From positions 1-21,046 of the forward strand of contig JBNJGY010000037.1 of assembly GCA_051748045.1 (NCBI GenBank): 21,046 nt of DNA, in the 5' to 3' direction. The stretch is from Thermotogota bacterium. GTDB taxonomy: Bacteria; Thermotogota; Thermotogae; Petrotogales; Petrotogaceae. Of this stretch, positions 8,024 through 16,314 are shown piece by piece. The position numbers and the translations under genes were made by a program. Within the stretch, counting starts at the first letter, position 1; each line of letters opens with the position of its first letter. The notes below the pieces were generated by a model. That model was not told the DNA's origin. It did not search any database and saw only the letters and a list, made by a program, of their open reading frames with translations.

Positions 8024-8045
8024 TTTCCCATACCTCCCCATTAGC

Positions 8046-8381
8046 TTAATCCATGTATTTATAATTTTTAAAACCAAGATAAATTAATATAGCTGGAAAA
8101 ATAAAAATAAGATAATTAGTTATATTATAACCACCTGAAATAACAGCATTATAAACAAAATAAATTTGCATGGTGATATAAATAAGAACACTCCATCTTT
8201 TCATCATCCACATACCAGAAAGAGAAACAACCCAAATTATCAGATTAAAAACTAAGGCAATTGTTAGTATATTTGTTTCTGTGACACTATAAACTACGTA
8301 ATAAATCAAAGTAACCATAAACCTTATCATCTCTACCACAATCATCACAGAAAGAGCTTTTGGTCTCTTGTATTCTGACAT
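8046..8381 (-). CDS. Small integral membrane protein (111 aa, about 4 hydrophobic segments), function unknown
   Basis: Hydrophobic stretches throughout, SD AAGGAG upstream, and an extended -10 TGGTATAAT on the minus strand at 8432-8424. Likely co-transcribed with the GNAT gene. Confidence 0.75.
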   Translation of the reverse strand: MSEYKRPKALSVMIVVEMIRFMVTLIYYVVYSVTETNILTIALVFNLIIWVVSLSGMWMMKRWSVLIYITMQIYFVYNAVISGGYNITNYLIFIFPAILIYLGFKNYKYMD

Positions 8382-8555
8382 TTCGAACTCTCCTTTTATT
8401 TTCTTATTTTTTCATTCTTTTTTATTATACCAAAAAGAAATATTTATATTCACAAAAAAGACATTTAATTCTAAAATAAGACTTATTATCAAATTTATGT
8501 TGTTATTTTTCTTAAAAAAAACTATAATATAAATTGATAACATGGAGGTGATTAT

Positions 8556-9644
8556 ATGAAAAAAAGAATTATGTTGTTTTCTTTTTTGATCATAATGATA
8601 ATCGTAGCGGTTTCAACAATAATCAACGGAGTAATGGAGCTTGAAAATTTTAAAAACCTAAACATAAACCTTAAAGTAGCTGATTTAACAGTTAAAAAAT
8701 CAAACGATAATGTTTTGAACTATCACTATGACGATGAAGATGTTGAATACGAATTTTATGTTTCTCAAGATATTTTTTACTTAAACGAAAGAAGAGAGAA
8801 CAAAGTTTTTAACTTTTTTAACAGTTTTAACGATGTGAAAGATCATTTCACATTATCCATTGAAAACAAACTATCAGAAGTTGATTTAGAAGGCAATACA
8901 TCTGACATTTCTTTTGATGAAGTTGATGTAGATGAATTTTTCATAAAAACATCTACAGGAGACATAGATGTTTCAAATTCTAAGGGAAAGTTTATGAATT
9001 TTGATACATCTACTGGGAACAAGAATATAATTAAAATCAACTTTGAAAATATATTTTTTAGTTCTTCAACGGGAAATTTATTTGCAGAATACATTTATGG
9101 GAAAGAGTTAAACTCAGAAACTAGTACAGGAAATCAAATTTTAGATTACATATACGTTGACAGTGCAAAGTTGACGTCTACAACAGGTGATTACAATTTG
9201 GAAAATTTAAACATCGATGATTTACTCATTAAAACCTCTACTGGTGAAGTTCAAATCAATAAAGCTTCTGGAAAAACCCTGGAAATGGAATCTTCTACCG
9301 GAGACAAAAAAATCTTAAGTTGTACTTTTAATAATATATACTCAAAAACATCAACAGGTAAAACTTATATAGAAAGTACTTATGCTAATTATATTAGGCT
9401 CAAAACGGAAACAGGCGATGTTGTAATATATTCTCAAAATTATGCCGATGACATTGAAATAGAAAGTTCCTCTGGAGACGTTAAAATTTACAATCTTGAT
9501 TTTGATAAATATAAAGTAGAAGTTCACACAAGCTCGGGAAAAATAAAAACCCCTTTTGGTGATTTTGAAAAAGATTTTGTAAGAGGTAATTCTGAAAAAA
9601 TTATTTATATAAAAACATCTTCTGGAGATATTGTATTAAAATAA
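8556..9644 (+). CDS. DUF4097-type (putative adhesin) beta-strand repeat protein with an N-terminal membrane anchor or signal peptide
   Basis: SD GGAGGTG, then MKKR plus a hydrophobic segment, then about 12 repeats of the TSTGD type mostly spaced about 19 aa apart. Confidence 0.8.
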   Translation: MKKRIMLFSFLIIMIIVAVSTIINGVMELENFKNLNINLKVADLTVKKSNDNVLNYHYDDEDVEYEFYVSQDIFYLNERRENKVFNFFNSFNDVKDHFTLSIENKLSEVDLEGNTSDISFDEVDVDEFFIKTSTGDIDVSNSKGKFMNFDTSTGNKNIIKINFENIFFSSSTGNLFAEYIYGKELNSETSTGNQILDYIYVDSAKLTSTTGDYNLENLNIDDLLIKTSTGEVQINKASGKTLEMESSTGDKKILSCTFNNIYSKTSTGKTYIESTYANYIRLKTETGDVVIYSQNYADDIEIESSSGDVKIYNLDFDKYKVEVHTSSGKIKTPFGDFEKDFVRGNSEKIIYIKTSSGDIVLK

Positions 9645-9683
9645 AGAAACAGGCTTACACAATGTGTAAGCCTGTTTCTTTAT
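9641..9683. terminator. Bidirectional intrinsic terminator
   Basis: ATAAAGAAACAGGCTTACACA-A-TGTGTAAGCCTGTTTCTTTAT is a 21-bp perfect inverted repeat between convergent genes. Confidence 0.85.
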
Positions 9684-9691
9684 ATAAATTA

Positions 9692-10984
9692 TTATTTAGC
9701 TAATTCGTCATTTTCTTCTAATAATGTTTCACATGAACTTACAACTCTGTTGTAGAATTCATCAGAATTCAATTGTCCACTAACAAAATTAGCGAATATT
9801 GTTGAAATTTCATTTCTAATATCATTCCATGCTGCTGGTTTTGGATCTGCGATAGCTGTTTCTAATGTTTCTTGAGCTATAACAGCTTTTTCATCAGAAG
9901 CGATATATTCTTGCCATTGTGGAGTTTCGTTAACATCTCTTCTAACAGGTAAATAACCTGTGTTAATTCCCCAGAATGCCATATTTACAGGATCTAATAA
10001 GTATTTAATAAATCTGTAAGCAGCATCTTTTTGAGCATCTGTTACCCAATTAAACATTGTGATATCTGTTCCTGCTATTGGAGAATGAGGTACTCCATCT
10101 ACTGATGGAACAGCTGCCCATGACCAAGCGTGTTTTCCTTGTGCTGATCTTGCAACGTATGATTTACCAGCTATTGTTCCCATATATGCAGCTATTTCTC
10201 CTGCACCAAAAGGATCATTTAAATAGCTTGTTCCAAATGAAGCATAACCTCCGTCTTTTAACTCATTTATATCAGACAAAGCTTTTTCAGTAATTTCTTT
10301 AGATAAAGAAACTCTGTATTGTCCATCGCCAACATATTCTAATATTTCTCCATTATAAGCGAATAAGAATGTTTGGAAATCATCTATAAAAGTTCTTGCT
10401 CCAAGACCATATTGATCTGTGTTTCCATCACCATCTAAATCTTCTGTTAAATATTTAGTTGTTTCCATAAATTCGTCCATTGTTTCTGGTGGAGTAGCTC
10501 CGTATAAATCAAATAAATCTGTATTATAGTAGTAAACATATACTGATTTATTGAAAGGAATTGAATAGATATCTTCTCCCCATGTTGAACCTTCTTTGAA
10601 AACTTCATAAATTTCTTCGTCCCAAACTCTTTTCATTTGAGGATCATTTTCAATGTAAGGGTTTAATCTTTCGATTACGTCTGAATATAAGTATTTTGCA
10701 ATCCAGTTTCCGTAAGCTTGTGTGATTGTTGGAAGATCATTTGTTGAACCTTCTTTTGCAGCAGTAATTGTAGATAATAATTTTCTATTTAAATCTCCGT
10801 ATCCACCAACGTAAATTGAATCAACTTGGATATCAGGGTTAGTTTTGTTGAAATTTTCAACTAAAACACTTAATGTTTCACCTTGTCCCCCACCCATTCC
10901 ATGCCAAAATTCGATAGTAACTGTTTCTGAAAAAGCTAATCCAATGACTAGTACAGCAAGAAAAACTGTTATAAGTTTTTTCAC
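9692..10984 (-). CDS. ABC transporter solute-binding protein, CUT1/UgpB-like family
   Basis: GTG start with SD AGGAGGTG. Signal peptide MKKLITVFLAVLVIGLAFS, then IEFWHGMGG, YSIPFNKSVYVYYYNTDLF and TGYLPVR. Confidence 0.88.
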   Translation of the reverse strand: MKKLITVFLAVLVIGLAFSETVTIEFWHGMGGGQGETLSVLVENFNKTNPDIQVDSIYVGGYGDLNRKLLSTITAAKEGSTNDLPTITQAYGNWIAKYLYSDVIERLNPYIENDPQMKRVWDEEIYEVFKEGSTWGEDIYSIPFNKSVYVYYYNTDLFDLYGATPPETMDEFMETTKYLTEDLDGDGNTDQYGLGARTFIDDFQTFLFAYNGEILEYVGDGQYRVSLSKEITEKALSDINELKDGGYASFGTSYLNDPFGAGEIAAYMGTIAGKSYVARSAQGKHAWSWAAVPSVDGVPHSPIAGTDITMFNWVTDAQKDAAYRFIKYLLDPVNMAFWGINTGYLPVRRDVNETPQWQEYIASDEKAVIAQETLETAIADPKPAAWNDIRNEISTIFANFVSGQLNSDEFYNRVVSSCETLLEENDELAK

Positions 10985-11014
10985 TTAAGTACACCTCCTG
11001 AGAATTTTTAAGGT

Positions 11015-11038
11015 AAAAAAATGGACACTTATGTGCCC
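11015..11038 (-). terminator. Weak intrinsic terminator after coaE
   Basis: Minus strand GGGCAC-ATAA-GTGTCC-ATTTTTTT begins at the coaE stop codon. Confidence 0.45.
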
Positions 11039-11613
11039 TATTTATTTATTAAATTTTTGAGTTCTTCTTTTATTACTTCAGGGTTATTATTCGCTATTAT
11101 TTTTTTATCATAATAATCTATTTTTAAATTTTTTTGTGCTTCTATCATACTTTTTGCCTTTTCTCTATCGATATTTCTTTTTTGTATCAATCTTTCAAAC
11201 CTTATATCTTCAGAAGCATCTACAAATAAGACTTTTTGACATAATTTATCAAGTCCAATTTTAAATAACATTGCTGCATCCAGTGCAATTATATCATATT
11301 TTTTTAAGTAATTATTAACTTTTTTTTCGATTTCTTTATAAATTTCTGAGTGAACTATTTTATTTAATTTTTCTAGTTTTTCTTGATCTTTAAAAACTAT
11401 TTTTCCTAATTCTTTTCTATCAATTTCTTCTTTATCATCTAATATTTTTTTACCAAAAACTTCTATTAGTTGTTTCTTAACATGAAATAGGGTAAGAACA
11501 TAATGTCCTACCCTATCCACATCAATAATTATTGAATTTTCAAAATTTTCTTTTAATATATTAGATACATATGATTTTCCAGATCCCGCTTTACCTACAA
11601 TTCCTAAAATCAT
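11038..11613 (-). CDS. coaE: Dephospho-CoA kinase
   Basis: P-loop GIVGKAGSGKS, IDVDRVGH, IDRKELGKIVF, LNKIVH and DAAMLF. It overlaps the pgi stop (ATGA). Confidence 0.93.
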   Translation of the reverse strand: MILGIVGKAGSGKSYVSNILKENFENSIIIDVDRVGHYVLTLFHVKKQLIEVFGKKILDDKEEIDRKELGKIVFKDQEKLEKLNKIVHSEIYKEIEKKVNNYLKKYDIIALDAAMLFKIGLDKLCQKVLFVDASEDIRFERLIQKRNIDREKAKSMIEAQKNLKIDYYDKKIIANNNPEVIKEELKNLINK

Positions 11614-12983
11614 AGTCTTATATCTTTTTTTCCTTGTATTTTTTCTTTAACTTCTTTTGCAGTTCCTTCGTGTCCTTCTCTTCCCATTAGACCATATGTA
11701 ACTTGTTTACCAAGTTCTACACCTGGCTGGTCATAGGCATTTATGTTTAACAATTTACCCATAATTGCTGTTTGAAACTCATAAGCAAAAAGGAATTGTC
11801 CTATGTTGTATGGATTGATCTCAGGGAAAATAATTTTCATATTTGGCCTATTATGCTCAACTAAAGCGTATTCTGTCCCTGTCAATTCTGTATTCAAAAG
11901 ATCAGATACTTTCTTACCGCCTAGATATTTTAAGGCTGGAATATCTTCATGTATATTTGGTATAGTTATTTCTCTATCAAATTTTTCTAATTTCAAGAAA
12001 GTCACTATTTTATCATGAGGACCTTCATTATAAAGTTGTACTTGAGAATGTTGGTCTGTAGCTCCTAATGCTTTTACTGGAGTTTGTCCTACAAAGACTT
12101 CTTTCCCTTCAACATCTGTCCTTTTTCCCAAACTCTCAGCCCATAGCTGTCTGTACCAATCAGCTAGCAAAAAAAGCCTGTTTGAATAAGGCATCATAAC
12201 TGATATGTTATATCCTCTATTATAATATATATGGTGAATTAAAGCGTTCAATGCTGCTGGATTTTCCCATACATCATCATTTTTAACTTTTTCACACATA
12301 TCTTTTGCACCGTTTATTAGATCTATTACATCTATTCCTCCTGCTACAGCAGATAAAAGACCGACAGGAGTTAAAACAGTAAATCTCCCTCCGACTGATT
12401 GAGGAATTTCTAATGTTCTTATGTTTTCTTCATCAGCTATTTTTCTCAACACTCCGTTTTCTGGATCTGTTGTGAAAAGAAGATGATTTTTTCCGTTTAA
12501 ACCGTATGATTCTATTATTCCTCTTGCGATCATATAGTTTGACATAGCTTCTGCAGTTGTGCCAGATTTAGAAATAACGTTAAATAAAGTTTTACTAACG
12601 TCTATACTATCTAAAACAGAAGCTATATAATCTGGATCTACGTTATCTATTACAAAAACTTTTGGTGTTTTTCTTTTATCTTTACTCATTGAATTATAGT
12701 TTAAAGGATTTAAAGCTGTTTGCAAAGCTAAATTTCCTAGTGCAGACCCACCAATTCCTAAAACCACTACAGCATCAAAAGATTGTACCCAACTTTTTAA
12801 ATCTAAAACACTATCAACCCATTTTCTAGTATAAGGAACATCTAAAAAACCTGGATTTTCTTCTAAGACTTCATTAATTATTTTTTTGATTTTAACTTTA
12901 TTATCATTTATTTCTGATTCTTTAATTCCAGTTTTCACATTCGATTCAAATAAATTTGAAAAATCAAATTTAATCCCTTTCAA
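11610..12983 (-). CDS. pgi: Glucose-6-phosphate isomerase
   Basis: GIGGSALG, ISKSGTTAE, VGGRFTV, QLWAESLGK, DQHSQVQ and YDQPGVELGK. TTG start with SD GAGGAGG. Confidence 0.96.
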   Translation of the reverse strand: MKGIKFDFSNLFESNVKTGIKESEINDNKVKIKKIINEVLEENPGFLDVPYTRKWVDSVLDLKSWVQSFDAVVVLGIGGSALGNLALQTALNPLNYNSMSKDKRKTPKVFVIDNVDPDYIASVLDSIDVSKTLFNVISKSGTTAEAMSNYMIARGIIESYGLNGKNHLLFTTDPENGVLRKIADEENIRTLEIPQSVGGRFTVLTPVGLLSAVAGGIDVIDLINGAKDMCEKVKNDDVWENPAALNALIHHIYYNRGYNISVMMPYSNRLFLLADWYRQLWAESLGKRTDVEGKEVFVGQTPVKALGATDQHSQVQLYNEGPHDKIVTFLKLEKFDREITIPNIHEDIPALKYLGGKKVSDLLNTELTGTEYALVEHNRPNMKIIFPEINPYNIGQFLFAYEFQTAIMGKLLNINAYDQPGVELGKQVTYGLMGREGHEGTAKEVKEKIQGKKDIRL

Positions 12984-13023
12984 TGTAATTCCTCCTCAAA
13001 AACTATATTTCTAAATATTCATT

Positions 13024-13536
13024 TTAATATTTTATAAGACTTTCTACTTTTATTCCTGGTAATTTTTCTCTAGGATTTAAAAAAGCAAGTTCAGCAAAAA
13101 ATAATGCACCTACTACTTCTCCGCCAGCTTTTTCAACTAATTTTACTATTGCTTCAGTAGTTCCGCCAGTAGCAAGAATATCATCAACAATAATAACTTT
13201 ATCTCCCTTTGAAATAGCGTCTTTATGCATTTCTAGAGTATTGCTTCCATATTCTAAATCATAAGAAAAACTTATTGTTTCTGAAGGTAACTTACCTGGT
13301 TTTCTAACAGGAATAAAAGATTTTTTCAAATTATAAGCCATTGGGGTTGCATAAATAAACCCTCTTGATTCAGGACCTATAATCGCTGTAAAATCCCAGT
13401 CTTTTACTAATTCCTGAAATCTATCTATTGTGTATTTGAAAGCTTCAGGACTTTTAAGAGCTGGAGTTATATCTTTAAAAACAATACCTTCTTTTGGAAA
13501 ATCTGGAATATCTCTTACATAATTTTCAAGATTCAA
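13024..13536 (-). CDS. apt: Adenine phosphoribosyltransferase (170 aa)
   Basis: PDFPKEGIVFKDITP, ESRGF, RKPGKLP, LEYG and the PRPP motif IVDDILATGGT. The start is moved to the TTG at 13536 because the ORF-track extension (ARGG) is itself the SD GAGGAGG. Confidence 0.95.
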   Translation of the reverse strand: MNLENYVRDIPDFPKEGIVFKDITPALKSPEAFKYTIDRFQELVKDWDFTAIIGPESRGFIYATPMAYNLKKSFIPVRKPGKLPSETISFSYDLEYGSNTLEMHKDAISKGDKVIIVDDILATGGTTEAIVKLVEKAGGEVVGALFFAELAFLNPREKLPGIKVESLIKY

Positions 13537-13591
13537 TTTAATTCCTCCTCGAGCCATTTTTGTGTATATTTAGGCTAAATTCACAAAAATT

Positions 13592-13716
13592 ATTTTATCA
13601 CATAATTGTTAATAAATGGTTATAATTATTTAGTAAATGAAATAACATAAAATAATAAAATAAAAATGATAATCATGAACTTTTATTATAATGAAAATAA
13701 CCATTTATGATATAAT
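13592..13716. promoter_or_regulatory. Divergent extended -10 promoters for apt-pgi-coaE and frr-alaS
   Basis: Minus-strand TGATAAAAT (13600-13592) and plus-strand TGATATAAT (13708-13716). The latter lies about 35 nt upstream of the frr start, which has SD GGAGGTG. Confidence 0.55.
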
Positions 13717-13751
13717 ATAATGAATAATAATGCATACGGAGGTGTATTTTA

Positions 13752-14315
13752 ATGGCTAAAAAGAGCCCTTATGTTATAGAAGCAGATAATAAAATGGATA
13801 AAACAGTACAACATTATAAAGAAGAGTTGAGAAAATTAAGAACTGGAAGACCTTCAGCTTCATTATTTGAAGAAATGGTGGTGGATTATTACGGAGCACC
13901 TACTCCTATAAACCAAACTGCTACTGTAAATGTAGGAGAAGACAGAAGTGTTGCTATCCAACCATGGGATAAGAGTTTATTAGAAAAAATAGAAAAAGCT
14001 ATTAACTCATCTGATTTAGGACTTCACGCTATTAACGACGGTACTGTTGTCAGAGTTAATTTTCCATCTCCTACTGTTGAAGACAGAAGAAAATGGGTTA
14101 AACATGCAAAAGATATGATGGAAGACACCAAAATAGCTTTAAGAAATATCAGAAGAGACGACTTGAAAAAAGTTAAAGAACATAAAGAAAACGGTGATAT
14201 TCCTGAAGATGAAGCAATAAAAATAGAAGAAGACATTCAAGAAGTATTAAAAAACCACGAAGCAAAAACAGAAGAAATTTTCAAACATAAAGAAAAGGAG
14301 ATCATGGATTCTTAA
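13752..14315 (+). CDS. frr: Ribosome recycling factor
   Basis: LRTGRPS, VDYYGAPTPINQ, IQPWDK, NDG..VR, RNIRRD and KEKEIM. Confidence 0.96.
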   Translation: MAKKSPYVIEADNKMDKTVQHYKEELRKLRTGRPSASLFEEMVVDYYGAPTPINQTATVNVGEDRSVAIQPWDKSLLEKIEKAINSSDLGLHAINDGTVVRVNFPSPTVEDRRKWVKHAKDMMEDTKIALRNIRRDDLKKVKEHKENGDIPEDEAIKIEEDIQEVLKNHEAKTEEIFKHKEKEIMDS

Positions 14316-15040
14316 TGAATGATCTTTCAAACCAAAACCATCCAAAACATGTTGCGATTATCATGGATGGAAATGGAAGATGGGCAAAAAAACAAGGCAA
14401 AAAAAGAATGTTTGGCCATGAAAAAGGCGCTGAAATTGCTGAAAAAATAATTGAATATGCATCTAATTCAGGGGTGAGGTATCTCACCCTTTACACATTT
14501 TCTACAGAGAATTGGAAAAGACCGGAAGAAGAAGTGAACTTTTTATTCAAACTTTTCATAAAGTATTTAGAAAGTAGAATGAAAAAGATTATTTCAAAAG
14601 GGGTTAGAATGAGATTTTCTGGAAGAATAGATAAAATGCCAGAAGATGTTCAAAAAGCTTGTGAAAGAATAGAAGAAATAAGCAAGGGTAACAACAAATT
14701 GGATTTAATAATGGCTCTAAATTATGGTTCAAGGCAAGAAATAACTGATGCAGTTAATAAATTAATATCACAAAAAAAAGAACATGTCACTAAAAAAGAT
14801 ATTCAGAATAGTCTTTATTTACCAGATGTTCCAGATGTTGATCTTTTAATTAGAACTTCGGGTGAAAAAAGAATAAGTAATTTTTTGTTATGGCAGATAG
14901 CTTATTCAGAATTTTATTTTACAGACGTATTATGGCCTGATTTTGATGAAAAAGAATTTGATAAGGCTATTTTAGAATATGCCAACAGAGAAAGAAGATT
15001 TGGTGGATTAATTGGGAGTGATGAATTTGGGAATAAATAA
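14315..15040 (+). CDS. uppS: Undecaprenyl diphosphate synthase (cis-isoprenyltransferase)
   Basis: HVAIIMDGNGRWAK, FSTENWKRP, NYGSRQE, DLLIRTSGEKRISNFLLWQ and RRFGG. TAATG coupling with frr. Confidence 0.96.
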   Translation: MNDLSNQNHPKHVAIIMDGNGRWAKKQGKKRMFGHEKGAEIAEKIIEYASNSGVRYLTLYTFSTENWKRPEEEVNFLFKLFIKYLESRMKKIISKGVRMRFSGRIDKMPEDVQKACERIEEISKGNNKLDLIMALNYGSRQEITDAVNKLISQKKEHVTKKDIQNSLYLPDVPDVDLLIRTSGEKRISNFLLWQIAYSEFYFTDVLWPDFDEKEFDKAILEYANRERRFGGLIGSDEFGNK

Positions 15041-15881
15041 AAAGAATCTATTTTTTAGAACATTGAGCGGTGTTGTGTTAGTACCTGTAGTTGTTTTTTC
15101 ATTTATATTATACCCAACTCTCATAGGTCTTGTAACTTCTATAGTAATGCTTGGTTCATGGGAATTTATAGAAATTTCTTCTTTAGAACTTAAAAATAAG
15201 AAAATATTTAAAATGATGCTTACAGTTGTAATTGGAGCTTCAGCATTATTATATGGTTTTGCTGTAGAGGCTGAATACCAAGGGATTTTACCTTTTGAAG
15301 CTGAATCTGTTTTCTTTTTATCCTTTTTTGCTTTTTCCTGGTTAGTAATTTTAAACATAAAAGATGTTAGAATGGCTAAAAAATTAATTAGTGCAGGTGT
15401 AATTAGTTTATTATATATTTCTTTTTTCTTATCTAATTTTTATTTAATTCATATTAATTATGGTTATACAATGGGTATTTTAACTTTAGTATCTGTATTC
15501 ATGTACGATTCTTTCGCTTATTTTGCTGGTTTAAATTTTGGAAAACACAAAATTTCTCCAAATTTTTCTCCAAAAAAAAGTTGGGAAGGATTAATAGGTG
15601 GAATAATAGGGACTTATGGTTTTATTTTATTATATGAATTTATTAGAGGTTTATTGGGATATGAAAATATAATAGTACCAGGTGTAGCAATATTTTTTGC
15701 TATAATGGTTGGACTATTTGATACAGTGGGGGATTTAACTGAATCTATCTTCAAGCGACACTACCATGTAAAAGACTCCAGTCAAATTCTTCCTGGACAC
15801 GGGGGAATTTTAGACAGAATAGACGGACTACTAATCGTAGCTCCTGCATGGTATTTTCTGCTTAGAATATTCTGGATTTAG
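15021..15881 (+). CDS. cdsA: Phosphatidate cytidylyltransferase
   Basis: A polytopic membrane protein with DSFAYFAG, SPKKSWEG, GDLTESIFKR, KDSSQILPGHGGILDRIDG. The start is uncertain (ATG 15021 or TTG 15027 after GGGAGTGA), and it overlaps the uppS end. Confidence 0.93.
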   Translation: MNLGINKKNLFFRTLSGVVLVPVVVFSFILYPTLIGLVTSIVMLGSWEFIEISSLELKNKKIFKMMLTVVIGASALLYGFAVEAEYQGILPFEAESVFFLSFFAFSWLVILNIKDVRMAKKLISAGVISLLYISFFLSNFYLIHINYGYTMGILTLVSVFMYDSFAYFAGLNFGKHKISPNFSPKKSWEGLIGGIIGTYGFILLYEFIRGLLGYENIIVPGVAIFFAIMVGLFDTVGDLTESIFKRHYHVKDSSQILPGHGGILDRIDGLLIVAPAWYFLLRIFWI

Positions 15882-15899
15882 AAAAATTAGGGGGGAAAG

Positions 15900-16298
15900 A
15901 TGAACAAAAAGTGGAAAGAAGGGTTTTCATTAGTTGAAGTAATTATCGTATTAGGGGTAATAGCAGTTATTGCATCAATAGCTATTCCTTCGGTTTCTGG
16001 ATTAATTGATCAAGCAAAAGCGACAAAAGTGGTTACAAACATGCGTACTTTACAAACTAGCATAATTCAATACTCTATTTACAACGATGATTTAACTAGT
16101 TTAACTTTTCAGGATCTCATTGATGAAGGTCTATTATCCGCAGATATCCCAGATTTAAAAATCACTGTAGGAACTCTTGATAGAATAACTATTTCTTACA
16201 CAGAAGATTCACCAGATATAACAAAGTTACAAAAAATCGATTCGCAAATTTTAGCAAACACAGATGGTAAACCATCTATAGAGTTTAAAGTTAGATAA
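15900..16298 (+). CDS. Type IV pilin / pseudopilin-like protein with a class III signal peptide
   Basis: MNKKWKEG|FSLVEVIIVLGVIAVIASIAIP has a basic leader, a G|F cleavage site, Glu at +5, a hydrophobic helix and Pro at +22. Confidence 0.9.
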   Translation: MNKKWKEGFSLVEVIIVLGVIAVIASIAIPSVSGLIDQAKATKVVTNMRTLQTSIIQYSIYNDDLTSLTFQDLIDEGLLSADIPDLKITVGTLDRITISYTEDSPDITKLQKIDSQILANTDGKPSIEFKVR

Positions 16299-16314
16299 AT
16301 AGGAGGTTCTTTTA

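Noticed and set aside
8458-8482. AAGAC direct repeat with 20-bp period upstream of the DUF4097 gene
   Set aside because: It is too short and low in complexity to support a LytTR- or OmpR-type site.
3984-9644. tldD/E, small Cys protein, GNAT, membrane protein and DUF4097 protein as a single RiPP or resistance cluster
   Set aside because: The genes fall in three separately oriented transcription units, and there is no maturase or exporter.
16299-16314. T-box leader upstream of alaS
   Set aside because: Only 16 nt separate the pilin gene from alaS, leaving no room for a T-box.
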